In this document: piece after piece, positions 50,187 to 60,279 of the stretch
Layout: every line of letters starts with the position of its first letter
How positions within the stretch are numbered: the first letter of the stretch is position 1
Source: Leptonemataceae bacterium
GTDB lineage: Bacteria; Spirochaetota; Leptospiria; Leptospirales; Leptonemataceae
Direction: 5' to 3'
Length of the DNA stretch: 64,000 nucleotides
Assembly: GCA_965227295.1 (NCBI GenBank)
Contig: OZ245742.1
Coordinates: forward strand, 5,472,001-5,536,000
Made by a program: the position numbers and the translations under genes
Notes under the pieces: model-generated
Database searches by the model: none
Told to the model about the DNA's origin: nothing
Seen by the model: the letters and a program-made list of their open reading frames with translations, nothing else

Positions 50187-51221
50187 TCAAGGGCGCGCCG
50201 GAATGCTTAAGTTCTGCCCGCGGATGATTAGATTCGGATTCGCCACGAGACCGCGGTTCGCTTCATAGATGCGGCGCCAGTGGCGGTCGTCTCCGTAGGC
50301 ACGGCGGCTGAGGCTGTAAAGCGTGTCCCCGTCCTGCACGGCGTAGCTGCTGCCCGGCTGGATGGACGATTCACTCGCCGGCATGGCGTCGGAAGCAGAT
50401 TCGCCCGGCGACGTGCCGTCCGCGACGACATCCGACGCTGTCGCTTCGTCCGCCGCCGCTTCATTGTCCGCCGGCGCGTCGTCGCTGGCGGTCGGCTCAG
50501 TCGCGCTTTCGCTCGTTTGCGCATCGTCTTCCATGCGATCCGCGTCGTCCCCGTTACCGCAGCCGCGAAAGAGAAAGTAGATCATCACGAGCATTAGAAT
50601 TACAAAGAGAACCGCGAACAGGATGCGCAGCCAGCGCGGGCCGCCGACGCCTTCGCCGGTATTCGCCGGCGGTGAAGAGACGGACTGCGCCGCCATGCCG
50701 GTAGTCGGTGCCGGTCCGGGCGCCTGCTCCGGAGCAGGCGTCGCCGCTGCCGGTGCGGCCGCGGGAGTGCTGAGCGCGCCGTAGGCCTCGCGCAGAATCT
50801 CCTGGGCCCAGCGCGCGTGTTTCATTTTCGCAAAGTTCCGCACCGACTTCACGCCGAGTTCGCGCATGCGCTCTTCGTCGGCCTCGCTCACGCCCTGGAG
50901 CACCGAGATGGGCAGGTCCAGCAGCGACTTGATGGGCGTCGCCTCGTACTGTTTGATGAGCTTGTCCTCAAAGCCGTGCATGTCGATTTTCGACTGCGGC
51001 ACCTTTTCCAGGGCCAGGATCTCCTGGGCCCAGAGGATGTACTTGAGGTCGGCAAGATCGCGGACCGTCCTTACGTAGAACGATTCGTACAGCAACTCCG
51101 CGGCGCGATCGCCGACGCCCTTCAGCACCGTGATGGGCGACTCGGGCAGATCGTTGAGCGGGATGTTGCGATGCGCCTTCACGACGCGTTGATTCAGGAA
51201 TGTTTCTCGTTTTGTGGCCAT
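50187..51221 (-). CDS. Membrane-anchored LysM protein with two N-terminal HhH-like repeats
   Basis: Two ~65-aa repeats (PITVLKGVG...WAQEIL / PISVLQGVS...WAQEIL), one TM, C-terminal LysM YAVQDGDTL...WRRIYEANR..NPNLI. Confidence 0.85.
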   Translation of the reverse strand: MATKRETFLNQRVVKAHRNIPLNDLPESPITVLKGVGDRAAELLYESFYVRTVRDLADLKYILWAQEILALEKVPQSKIDMHGFEDKLIKQYEATPIKSLLDLPISVLQGVSEADEERMRELGVKSVRNFAKMKHARWAQEILREAYGALSTPAAAPAAATPAPEQAPGPAPTTGMAAQSVSSPPANTGEGVGGPRWLRILFAVLFVILMLVMIYFLFRGCGNGDDADRMEDDAQTSESATEPTASDDAPADNEAAADEATASDVVADGTSPGESASDAMPASESSIQPGSSYAVQDGDTLYSLSRRAYGDDRHWRRIYEANRGLVANPNLIIRGQNLSIPARP

Positions 51222-51504
51222 AGGTTCTGTTCAGTAAATGTTTATCCGCTGCTACTGCGGGCGGCGAGGTCTTCGATGAGATCGTGGATTTCATACCGGA
51301 CCGGCCGGCATCCCCTGCTCCAGGCCGCCCGCCCATCATCCTGTGGCATTCCCAACCCACCGCAACCCTTTTTCCCTGCCTCCACCTGATTCCATGCGCT
51401 CTTTTTCTAAGCTGTCGCCGAAAAACTGGACAGCATCACACGATCGTCATCCTCCTGGCCGTGCTCGCAATTCTTCGCTATACTTAAAAGATAAGGACTC
51501 CCTC

Positions 51505-53475
51505 ATGCCATCATCACAACCACTCAACGTCGCACAAAAATTGATCCACTCCCATCTCGTCGACGGCGAAATGCAACCGGGCCGTGAGATCGGTATTCGC
51601 ATCGATCAAACGCTGACGCAGGACGCCACCGGCACACTCGTAATGCTCGAACTGGAGGCCATGGGCGTGGATCGCGTGCAAACCGAGCTGTCCGTCCAGT
51701 ATGTCGATCACAATCTCCTGCAGACCGACTACAAGAACGCCGACGACCACGTCTTTCTAAAGTCCGCGTGCGAAAAATTCGGTGTGTGGTACTCACGACC
51801 CGGCAACGGCGTGAGCCATCCCGTGCATCAGGAACGTTTCGGCAAACCCGGCAAGACCCTCGTGGGTTCGGACTCGCACACGCCGGCGGCGGGAGCGCTG
51901 GGCATGCTCGCCCTCGGCGCCGGCGGGCTCGACGTCGCCTTCGCCATGGCCGGCAAACCGCTCTACTTCAAGATGCCCGAGATCCTCGGCGTAAAACTCA
52001 CCGGTAAGCTGCCCGATTGGGTCAGCGCCAAAGACGTCATCCTGGAAATGTTGCGTCGTTACGACGTAAAGGGCTGCGTCGGTAAGATCGTCGAATACTA
52101 CGGGCCGGGCCTCGCGTCGTTGAGCGCCATGGACCGCCACGTCATTGCGAACATGGGCACGGAGCTCGGCGCGACGACGACGGTCTTTCCCGCGGACGAC
52201 GAAGTGCGTCGATTCTTAAAGTCCCAGGAGCGCGAGGATGATTATACCGAACTGCTCGCCGACGAGGGCGCACAGTACGACGCGAACGACGAGATCGATC
52301 TATCGCAACTGGTACCGCTCATCGCGAAGCCCGGCAGTCCCGGGGACGTCGTTAAGGTACGCGAAGTAGAAGGTAAGGACGTCCACCAGGTGGTCGTCGG
52401 TTCGTCGGCGAACCCCGGTCTGCGCGACTTCTGGACCCTGGCGAAGATCATGAAGGACGAGGCCGCCGATCCCCGGGTATCCTTCGACGTGAATCCGACG
52501 TCGCGCCAGGTCATCGAGAATCTTACAAATGACGGCGCCTTCCAGGAATTGATCCACTCCGGCGCCCGCTTTCACCAGGCCGGTTGTCTGGGCTGCATCG
52601 GCATGGGTCAGGCGCCCGCGTCGAATAAGATCAGCCTGCGCACCATGCCGCGCAACTTTCCCGGCCGCTCCGGCACGCTGGACGACCAGGTCTATCTCTG
52701 CTCGCCGGAAACCGCGGCCGCCGCGGCCCTCACCGGCAAAATCACCGACCCGCGCGACATCGAAGCACGCTTCGGCAAAACATATCCGCGCTACGAGTAC
52801 CCGAACAAAGAAATCATCAATCGCAAGCACCTGATCGCGCCGCCGGAAAGCGGAGACACGAAACTCGTGAAGGGACCGAACGTAAAGTCCCTCCCGGACT
52901 TCACAGACCTGCAGGACGAGTACGAATTTCCGGTGCTCCTCAAAATGAAAGACAACATCTCCACCGACGAAATTCTGCGCGCCGGGGCCGAGGTGCTGCC
53001 GCTCCGTTCGAACATCCCCGAGATCAGCAAGTGGTCGTTCTACATCGTCGACCGCGACTTCTACGATCGTGCGCGCGCGACGCAGGACGAACACGGCGGC
53101 CACTTCGTCGTCGCCGGCGAAAACTACGCCCAGGGATCGTCCCGCGAACACGCCGCCATCGCCCCGCGTTATCTCGGCCAGGTCGCCGTGATTGCGAAGA
53201 GCTACGCCCGCATCGGCTGGCAGAACCTGGTGAACTTCGGCATCGTACCGCTGGAGTTCGTGAACGACGGCGACTACGATCGCATCGAACAAAACGACAT
53301 CCTGCGCCTGGAAGAGCTGCGCGCGAGCATCCGGGACGGCAAACCGGTGCGCGTTCGTAACATCACGAAAGATGAAGTTTACGAAACAAAGACGGACCTC
53401 AGCGAACGCCAGCGCGAGGTCGTCCTGGCGGGGGGCGTCATCAATCTCTACCGCAAAGAAACCGCCGCGGCTTGA
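51505..53475 (+). CDS. Aconitate hydratase (short bacterial type)
   Basis: TQDATGT, YVDHN, GSDSHT, GCLGCIGMG, RNFPGRSG, STDEI, NYAQGSSREHAA; the first cluster Cys position reads GSSAN. Confidence 0.9.
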   Translation: MPSSQPLNVAQKLIHSHLVDGEMQPGREIGIRIDQTLTQDATGTLVMLELEAMGVDRVQTELSVQYVDHNLLQTDYKNADDHVFLKSACEKFGVWYSRPGNGVSHPVHQERFGKPGKTLVGSDSHTPAAGALGMLALGAGGLDVAFAMAGKPLYFKMPEILGVKLTGKLPDWVSAKDVILEMLRRYDVKGCVGKIVEYYGPGLASLSAMDRHVIANMGTELGATTTVFPADDEVRRFLKSQEREDDYTELLADEGAQYDANDEIDLSQLVPLIAKPGSPGDVVKVREVEGKDVHQVVVGSSANPGLRDFWTLAKIMKDEAADPRVSFDVNPTSRQVIENLTNDGAFQELIHSGARFHQAGCLGCIGMGQAPASNKISLRTMPRNFPGRSGTLDDQVYLCSPETAAAAALTGKITDPRDIEARFGKTYPRYEYPNKEIINRKHLIAPPESGDTKLVKGPNVKSLPDFTDLQDEYEFPVLLKMKDNISTDEILRAGAEVLPLRSNIPEISKWSFYIVDRDFYDRARATQDEHGGHFVVAGENYAQGSSREHAAIAPRYLGQVAVIAKSYARIGWQNLVNFGIVPLEFVNDGDYDRIEQNDILRLEELRASIRDGKPVRVRNITKDEVYETKTDLSERQREVVLAGGVINLYRKETAAA

Positions 53476-53492
53476 GTTCGGGAGACGGGATT

Positions 53493-53668
53493 GACTCCGA
53501 GGACCGAGGTACCGAGAGAAGAATGTGGAGGCGGGTTTGACTTGCGTGCGAGCAGGCTATGAAAGCTGTCTTAAGCATTGAGAAAATTAAAATTCATTAG
53601 CTTTGCCTGTCCGCATTCACACCAGGCAGGCTCTCCCAAAAACCCTCGGCCCCTCGGCCCTCGGAGTC
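53493..53668. repeat. CCGAGG hairpin element, copy 7 (176 bp)
   Basis: GACTCCGAGGACCGAGGTACCGAG ... CCTCGGCCCCTCGGCCCTCGGAGTC; inner CAGGC..AAAGCT/AGCTTTGCCTG. Confidence 0.9.
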
Positions 53669-53676
53669 CGCAACTG

Positions 53677-54756
53677 CTAACTCACATTCACAACAAGTTT
53701 ACCGAAACGCTCGCCCTCGCCCTGCTCCCGGATTGCCCGCGGTCCCTCCGCAAATGCAAACGAGCCGTGAATCACCGGCCTCAGCTCCGCCGCCTCGAAG
53801 GCCCGGCACATGGCGATGAGTCCGGCGCGGTGCCCCAGGAAGATGCCCTGCAATCGAATGTTCCGCATGATCGCCGGCAGTAAGATCGACGCATCGAACT
53901 GACCGCGGCCCATGGCGCCGATCAGCGCGATGGTTCCCCCCGGGCGCACGCACTTCAACGAACGCTCGAGCGTTCCGGGCCCGCCGATTTCCAGGATCAG
54001 ATCCGCGCCGCCGCCGTTTGTGCGTTCGCGCACGGCAAGTTCCCAGTCCGGTTGTTTGCGATAGTTGATGCAGTCGTCCGCGGCGACGCCGAACTCCGCG
54101 ACGCAGCGCGCGAGTTTTTCATCGTCGCCGGACGTAACGAGAGCGCGGGCACCGAGCAAACGCGCGAGTTGCATGGCAAAGATCGAAACCGCCGACGTCC
54201 CCTGGATCACCACGGTAGAACCGGCACGCAAAGTCCCGGCCACGTCGCCGCCGGTGCCGCGCATATCGCCGTTCTGCGCTCCGTAAGTAACGAACGCGCT
54301 CCAGGCGGGCAGCCCCGCTCCCTGGAGCGCCGCGGCTTCGGCAAAAGATAAATGATCCGGCGCGCGAACCAACGCCGTCTCCGGCACGACGAGCAATTCC
54401 GCCAGCGTACCGGGGAGCGGGCCGCCCAGCGTAAACTTCAACGTGTCCCGATCCGGCGGTCCGCTCATCCAGCGCGTGGCGGTGAGCGGGATGACTCGAT
54501 CTCCCGCTTTGAACGCCGGACGCGCGCCGGCGAACGGACCGTACTCGACGACCGTACCGGCGCCGTCCGAACCCGGAATGAGCGGGATGGGATAGCGCGG
54601 ATTGTATTTGCCCTGCACGGCGAGAAAATCCCGAAAATTCAGCGCCGCCGCTTCGATTCGAATCAGCACTTCTCCGGGACCGGGCCGCGGATCGGGAACT
54701 TCCTTCACGCGAACGTTGTCGAGGCCCCAGGCCTCTTCGAGAAGAATTGCTTTCAT
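53677..54756 (-). CDS. NAD(P)-dependent MDR-family alcohol dehydrogenase/quinone oxidoreductase-like protein
   Basis: P.PGPGEVLIR..AAALNFRD, PLIPGSDGAG, GADLILEIGG, FGKLVV. Confidence 0.9.
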   Translation of the reverse strand: MKAILLEEAWGLDNVRVKEVPDPRPGPGEVLIRIEAAALNFRDFLAVQGKYNPRYPIPLIPGSDGAGTVVEYGPFAGARPAFKAGDRVIPLTATRWMSGPPDRDTLKFTLGGPLPGTLAELLVVPETALVRAPDHLSFAEAAALQGAGLPAWSAFVTYGAQNGDMRGTGGDVAGTLRAGSTVVIQGTSAVSIFAMQLARLLGARALVTSGDDEKLARCVAEFGVAADDCINYRKQPDWELAVRERTNGGGADLILEIGGPGTLERSLKCVRPGGTIALIGAMGRGQFDASILLPAIMRNIRLQGIFLGHRAGLIAMCRAFEAAELRPVIHGSFAFAEGPRAIREQGEGERFGKLVVNVS

Positions 54757-54786
54757 AAAATCCGAAGATGCAGCGCCGTGTGTATC

Positions 54787-56298
54787 ATGCAAGTCATCGG
54801 CGCCGCGTTCGGCGCAACCCGCGCATCCCTGGGCGCTGTTCTCCGATCCCTCACCGAAGAACGGCGCGGCGAGTTGCCGGCGTTGAACGGCTTTCGCACG
54901 TATGCGATTCTACTTGTCCCGATGTATCACACCTGGGCCGGCCTGTACCAGCAGGGCCTCGCGCCGGTGCGCCCGGAATGGTACCCGGGGCTCATGATCA
55001 ACCTGCAGTCGGTGCTGGATCTCTTTTTCATTCTCTCGGGCTTCCTGATCTCCGGCGCCCTGCTGAACGAGTACGAACGACGGCGCGCCGAAACCGGCAC
55101 CGGCCGCATCGATCTCCGGCGTTTCTTCCGGCGCCGGCACCTGCGCATCTGGCCGGCCTACTACTTCTTTCTCGCGACGTTTCTGCCCGTGGCCGTCGGC
55201 TTCGCGGTCGCTAACAATAATCCACAAGAACTTAACGAACTACACGCTCTCATCTACGAACAGAGCGGCGCCCTGTTGCACGAGGCGCTCTACATCATGA
55301 ACTACAGCCGCGGCGGCAACCTGCTGCATACCTGGTCGCTGGCCATCGAACAGCACTTTTATTTGATCTTCCCCTTTGCCGCGCACTATGTGCTCTTTCG
55401 TCTGAGCACCGGCCGGCGCATCGCCGTTCTGCTGTTGCTCTATGCGTTGCCGTTTTTCTTTCGCTGGTGGACCTACGCGCACTACGTCCACACCATGACC
55501 GACCACGATCTGTACATCTATCGCGTCTCGCACTGCCGCGCCGACTCGCTGATCGCCGGCATACTCTTAATGGAAGTCTACCGGTTGCGCCCCCGGCTCA
55601 CGTCGGCACTGGCGCGCCTCGGCCTCGGCGTCATCGGCGCTGCGATGTTTGCGTACAGTTATACGCTGCGCTTCGAAGACGGCCTCGTCTTCAACGCCGG
55701 TCGCTACAATTTTTTCGCAATCAGCCAGTGTCTGTTGATATACGTCGCGCTGCAACCCGGCTCGGTCCTCGGTCGGCTGCCGGCCCTGCCGATCTTCCGC
55801 CCCATCGCACGCATCAGCTATAGCACGTACCTCTGGCACCTGATGGCCGTGGGCTGGGGCATCAAAGAAGCAGCGAAGATCGTTACCCCGGTACCGGGAA
55901 ACGATCCCGCGTTCGTAGTCACCGCGGCGCTGATTGCCACGGCCGCTTCGTTCGTGCTCGGCCTGCTTGCGTACGCGTTGACGGAGTTTCCCTGGTTCCA
56001 ACTGCGCGACTCCGCACCCCGCGCAAAAGACAGCGCCGACGGCTGGCCGGCCGGACGGTCGCTGCCCGCCGACCCCGCCCGCCGATTCGCCGCGTTCGTC
56101 TTCGATCTGTATCTGCTGTTTCCGGTGCTGCTGCTGTACCGGTTTCACCGCGCACTGCCCGACTTCGGCCGGGAGGCGTACGTCGTTCCTCTAAGTTTGA
56201 TTGGATGTGTGTTAGTGCTCGCTGCGGCAATGACGCAGATCGTTTACTGGAAGCGCTACGGTTGCACGTTCGGCACAAGGATCCTGAAGATTTCGTAA
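54787..56298 (+). CDS. Acyltransferase_3 (OafA-like O-acyltransferase) with a C-terminal RDD-like extension
   Basis: LNGFR..A, DLFFILSGFLI, RR.LRIWP.YY, HTWSLAIEQHFY, ISYSTYLWH; tail ARRFAAFVFD...GCTFG.RILKI. Confidence 0.85.
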   Translation: MQVIGAAFGATRASLGAVLRSLTEERRGELPALNGFRTYAILLVPMYHTWAGLYQQGLAPVRPEWYPGLMINLQSVLDLFFILSGFLISGALLNEYERRRAETGTGRIDLRRFFRRRHLRIWPAYYFFLATFLPVAVGFAVANNNPQELNELHALIYEQSGALLHEALYIMNYSRGGNLLHTWSLAIEQHFYLIFPFAAHYVLFRLSTGRRIAVLLLLYALPFFFRWWTYAHYVHTMTDHDLYIYRVSHCRADSLIAGILLMEVYRLRPRLTSALARLGLGVIGAAMFAYSYTLRFEDGLVFNAGRYNFFAISQCLLIYVALQPGSVLGRLPALPIFRPIARISYSTYLWHLMAVGWGIKEAAKIVTPVPGNDPAFVVTAALIATAASFVLGLLAYALTEFPWFQLRDSAPRAKDSADGWPAGRSLPADPARRFAAFVFDLYLLFPVLLLYRFHRALPDFGREAYVVPLSLIGCVLVLAAAMTQIVYWKRYGCTFGTRILKIS

Positions 56299-56417
56299 GA
56301 TCTTTTTGCGCGCGGGCGTACCCGGCTTCCCGACGCCTCCGGAGCGCTTACGCCGGCATTCCCTTTCGCCTAAAAACTGATTGCCGGGAGAGGCTCGTAC
56401 ATAATATCAAAGAACGG

Positions 56418-57839
56418 ATGCTCCGGCCGGCGTTGGTTTTGTTCGTACTGCTCGCCGTGCCCGTGTTCTGCTTTCAAAAGTGGCGCTGCGGCCTGGAATC
56501 GCCGGGCGCGCGCTCCGGCGACGAACCGCATTACCTGGTCCTCCTGCACAGCATCGTCAAAGACGGCGATCTCGCAACGGCGAACAACTACGCGAGCCAC
56601 GACTATGCCCGCGGCATACACTTCGCCCATGTACCACCGGCGGCGCTGGACCACCACGCCATGTACGTAAACACCGAGAATCCGCGGGACTTTGTGCGCT
56701 GGGAAACGATACACGAGTTTCAGGTGGATCCCGAACGCCCGAACGATCCGGTCGGTTTTCGTTTCGTCCAACGCGAAGAGTACCGCGACTTCGACAAGAG
56801 CCGCTATCGCGAGATCGGCTGGCACCCGCCCGGTTATCCCATGCTCATGGCCATCGTGAGTTTTCCGCTGGTACTTGCGGATTCCTACTACGTCGAGGCC
56901 TGGATCGTACTCATCCAACTAGTGCTGTACGCCTGGGCCTGGATCTATGCCGTACAGGAAATCCGCACCGTCGTAACCGGCACGGAGTCGATGTTAAGCA
57001 CGGCGGCGTTTTTCTGGACGATCCTGCTGGCCGTGGCCCTGCCGGCCTATCACTACAACGCCGGTTTTTATACCGAGGGCCTCGCCTCGTCCCTGTGTCT
57101 GCTGGCCACCGCGGCCTGCCTCGGCCGGCGTCCCCTCGAACTCTCGCTCTACCTGGGCCTTTTGTTTTTCGTAAAGGAAAGCTACGCCCCTTTCGCTCTG
57201 TTCTTCACGGCGGCCTACGCCTTTGAAACCTATCGCCATCTCGGAGACCTGCGCACGGCGATCTATGACGCCGTCGCCCTGGCCGTTTTTCCGGTGCTGG
57301 CCTTTCTCATTTTCGCCGCACGTTCCTATCTCATCTACGGCTCGCCGCTTCAGACGTATCTCCCCTGGCAATCGAACCCGGATCCCCTCGGCGCCGCGTC
57401 CGCATTGTTATTGGGAACGAAGACAGGCCTGCTCGTCTTCACACCCGTGGTGCTGGTCTTCCTGGCCGGCCTCGTGGTGTTGTTCCCCGCGCGGCCCGGC
57501 ACGGCCCTGGCCCTGGGCGCGGCCTTTGCCTATCAGTTCGTGCTCACGGCGGCGACGGTCCACTGGTCCGGCGGACCATCGTTCGCCACCCGACTCCTGG
57601 CCCCGGCCGTGGCCCTCATCGCCCCGGCGTTCTTCGCCTGGCGTGAATCCACGCACGGTTCCCGGCTCTCGGTGGCCATCCTTACCGGGATGTTCGCCCT
57701 GGGAACACTCTCCGGGCTCAACGGCTTTTTCGGCGCGACGCATCTGAGCTATGCCTACGATACGGTTCCGTACGTGAACGCGGTATCTCCGCGACAATCG
57801 CAATTATATAGAAGAATCAAGATGGAACTGCAACAATGA
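56418..57839 (+). CDS. Polytopic membrane protein, GT-C glycosyltransferase-like
   Basis: SGDEPHYL after the first TM, HPPGYP, GLLVFTP, W.GG.S...R. Confidence 0.6.
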   Translation: MLRPALVLFVLLAVPVFCFQKWRCGLESPGARSGDEPHYLVLLHSIVKDGDLATANNYASHDYARGIHFAHVPPAALDHHAMYVNTENPRDFVRWETIHEFQVDPERPNDPVGFRFVQREEYRDFDKSRYREIGWHPPGYPMLMAIVSFPLVLADSYYVEAWIVLIQLVLYAWAWIYAVQEIRTVVTGTESMLSTAAFFWTILLAVALPAYHYNAGFYTEGLASSLCLLATAACLGRRPLELSLYLGLLFFVKESYAPFALFFTAAYAFETYRHLGDLRTAIYDAVALAVFPVLAFLIFAARSYLIYGSPLQTYLPWQSNPDPLGAASALLLGTKTGLLVFTPVVLVFLAGLVVLFPARPGTALALGAAFAYQFVLTAATVHWSGGPSFATRLLAPAVALIAPAFFAWRESTHGSRLSVAILTGMFALGTLSGLNGFFGATHLSYAYDTVPYVNAVSPRQSQLYRRIKMELQQ

Positions 57840-58252
57840 ACACCAGTGTGATCCGCCTCTACTGCGACGGAGCCAGCCGCGGCAATCCCGGGCCGGCCGC
57901 GATCGGTGCCGTCCTCTATCCGGAGGACAGCGACGAAGCCCTCCGCGAAATCTCCGAGGCCATCGGCAACGCGACCAACAACGTCGCCGAGTACACCTCA
58001 CTCATTCGCGGCCTGGAAGCCGCGGCGGACCTGGCCGGCGAGGCGGCGGCCGGGACCACCGTACATATTTGCATGGATTCCGAACTCGTGATCCGCCAGA
58101 TGCAGGGACGATACAAAGTGAAAAACGCCGGCCTGCGTCCTCTCTACGAACGCGCGAAGGCATTGTGCACCGCGTTCGCGGAATGTCGCCTGGATCATAT
58201 CCCCCGCGCCCGGAACGCGCACGCCGACGCCCTGGCCAATGCCGCGTTCTGA
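57836..58252 (+). CDS. rnhA: Ribonuclease HI family protein
   Basis: DGASRGNPG, ATNNVAEY, DSELV..Q..G.YKVK, HIPR..N..AD.LAN. Confidence 0.92.
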   Translation: MNTSVIRLYCDGASRGNPGPAAIGAVLYPEDSDEALREISEAIGNATNNVAEYTSLIRGLEAAADLAGEAAAGTTVHICMDSELVIRQMQGRYKVKNAGLRPLYERAKALCTAFAECRLDHIPRARNAHADALANAAF

Positions 58253-58560
58253 CTTCGGATCATCAGTACTTAAAGTTTACGCATCCTGGTTCGGCGGGGA
58301 CGGACATGATGCGCAGCAAAAAAAATGATGCGCGGCAACATAAAGGACGCCCAAAAATCAATTCATTCTATAAACATGACGTAGTTTCGTAAAAAAGAAA
58401 CCCTGTCTCCTTTTTGTGATTGACTCCCCTCTCGTACCATCTCATATCAAGGCCGGATTTTTGATCCTTCCGATAGCTGGAAGAGTCTTGATCCAAAAAA
58501 ACAAAAACGTTTCTCAATCAACTCAACTTGAGTGAATACAAACGGAGGAAAGCTATACTC

Positions 58561-59526
58561 ATGAGAAGTTTCAAACACCTTCTCCTGTCTGCCGTCTTCA
58601 TGACTGCGTTTAGCGGTGTTTATGCGCAGGGCAGCTACATCGGCTTCGGTCTTGGCTTGCAGGATGACCTCGGCCAGCTTACCAATACGATCGTCGTTGA
58701 CGGTCTCAGCTCCGGAGCGAGCTACCCGACCTATGTAGGTCGTTCGGCTCCGTTCGGATGCGGTGCAAACCTGGTAACCAGCGGTCAGGCCAACCCGTGT
58801 TTCATTGAGGGAACCGGTGGCACGCAGGATGCCATCATTTCTGAAAACACCCTCATCGGCCTGGAAAAAAACACGGCCGGCCTCGTTCGTAGCGATACGA
58901 GCGGCGGCATGATTGGTGGCGTGCTGGCAGTCTTCTACGAAGGCGAAACCGAAGGCGGTTTCTTCTATCGTGCCGGTATCAACTACACCAAAAAAATCCT
59001 CGGCGGTGACAGCCAGTCGTACCTGTTCAAAGGTTCTCCCATTGAGATCAAATGGTACGACATCAAGTGGGACTACTACTCCTGGCACGTCCCGCTGTAC
59101 TTCGGCCTGAAAGCCGGCATCGGTGAAACGGCCTCCGTCTACGGCGGCGCCGGTATCAACTACGCAGCTGGTGGTTGGAACCTCGGCGGCACCAACAACG
59201 GGGACTACCTGGGCGCAATCCTGGGCCTGAATGTTGGTCTGCAAACGACCGTCAGCCAGTCCGGTGCCATCGTCCAGCGCCCGGCTTACAACGAATCCGC
59301 AAAATTCCGTGTTCAAGGCTACGGATACCAGTTCATGATCGGTATCGAGAACAAACTCGAAAGCGGGAACAAGATCTTCTTCGAAATCGAAACGATCAAA
59401 GCCGGTGCTCAGGGTTCAACCCCGACGTCTTCCGACGGTGGCCAGCAGGCCCTCGCCGACATCGCGGTTTACCCCATCAGCTTGAGCGGCACGAACTTCA
59501 AGTTCGGCTACAAGCTGGCACTCTAA
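58561..59526 (+). CDS. ompL1: OmpL1-like outer membrane porin
   Basis: GLQDDLGQL..TI..DGL, I..ENTLIGLE, beta-barrel-like C-terminus; followed by a strong terminator. Confidence 0.8.
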   Translation: MRSFKHLLLSAVFMTAFSGVYAQGSYIGFGLGLQDDLGQLTNTIVVDGLSSGASYPTYVGRSAPFGCGANLVTSGQANPCFIEGTGGTQDAIISENTLIGLEKNTAGLVRSDTSGGMIGGVLAVFYEGETEGGFFYRAGINYTKKILGGDSQSYLFKGSPIEIKWYDIKWDYYSWHVPLYFGLKAGIGETASVYGGAGINYAAGGWNLGGTNNGDYLGAILGLNVGLQTTVSQSGAIVQRPAYNESAKFRVQGYGYQFMIGIENKLESGNKIFFEIETIKAGAQGSTPTSSDGGQQALADIAVYPISLSGTNFKFGYKLAL

Positions 59527-59549
59527 ATCGCACGATCCCTTTCGTGACG

Positions 59550-59586
59550 AAAACCGCCCGCGGCTTCCAACCCGGGCGGTTTTTTT
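59550..59586 (+). terminator. Intrinsic terminator after ompL1
   Basis: AAAACCGCCCG...CGGGCGGTTTTTTT. Confidence 0.85.
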
Positions 59587-59599
59587 GTACCCGCCCGCC

Positions 59600-60160
59600 T
59601 CAGTCCATCAGCAAGCGCTCTTCGAGCATGAGATCCAGCGCGAAGTCTCCGGGCAGTTCTTCCATGTCCACGCTCACCCGACGCAGATGTTTGGAACGAT
59701 ACAGGTCCGTAACGCAGACGATCTCGTGGACCGGATGCCGTCGATCGCGATGGTTGTCGCGTTCCACGTAGATGCCGTCCTCGTGCACCCAGCCGGTGGC
59801 CAGGTGCGACCCGCCGTTGTGCAACTCGGCGACGATGTAGTACATAAACGCGCCCATGTCGCAAAAGTAGACACGCAGGTTTTCCGGACGGGCCGCGGCC
59901 AGCGCCCGGCGTAGATAGTGCATCTCCGGTTCGCCGTAACGATTGTAGCGATCCGTGCGCTCGTCGAAGTCCACAAGCAAGCGGAGGATTTCCTGGAAGT
60001 CCTCCTTGCGACTGACCAGTTCCATCCAGGGACCGGAGTCCTCGTCCGCCTCGGTGATCGGCCCATCATCATGAGAGCGAGGTGGGTCCTCCTTCTTGCG
60101 GCGACCGGTTTTCTTTCGTAACGGAGCGGTTTTCGGGCGCTCGAATTTCAGTTTCTGCAT
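59600..60160 (-). CDS. Hypothetical protein
   Basis: 186 aa ORF with GGAGG RBS. Confidence 0.72.
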   Translation of the reverse strand: MQKLKFERPKTAPLRKKTGRRKKEDPPRSHDDGPITEADEDSGPWMELVSRKEDFQEILRLLVDFDERTDRYNRYGEPEMHYLRRALAAARPENLRVYFCDMGAFMYYIVAELHNGGSHLATGWVHEDGIYVERDNHRDRRHPVHEIVCVTDLYRSKHLRRVSVDMEELPGDFALDLMLEERLLMD

Positions 60161-60240
60161 GACGTCCTCCCGTCGTAAGCGCTGCGTCTCGTAGCAGCGG
60201 AACGGCGGAGGAAGATGGGGCAGGATGGATCAAACGTTGC

Positions 60241-60270
60241 ACGTTTTTCGGGGTGCCGGCCGAAAAACGT
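60241..60270. other. 11-bp perfect hairpin just after the AAA ATPase stop codon
   Basis: ACGTTTTTCGG-GGTGCCGG-CCGAAAAACGT. Confidence 0.55.
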
Positions 60271-60279
60271 AACCGCGGA

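Noticed and set aside
54352..54786. N-terminal extension of the acyltransferase ORF
   Set aside because: It overlaps the MDR dehydrogenase on the opposite strand; the start was placed at 54787.
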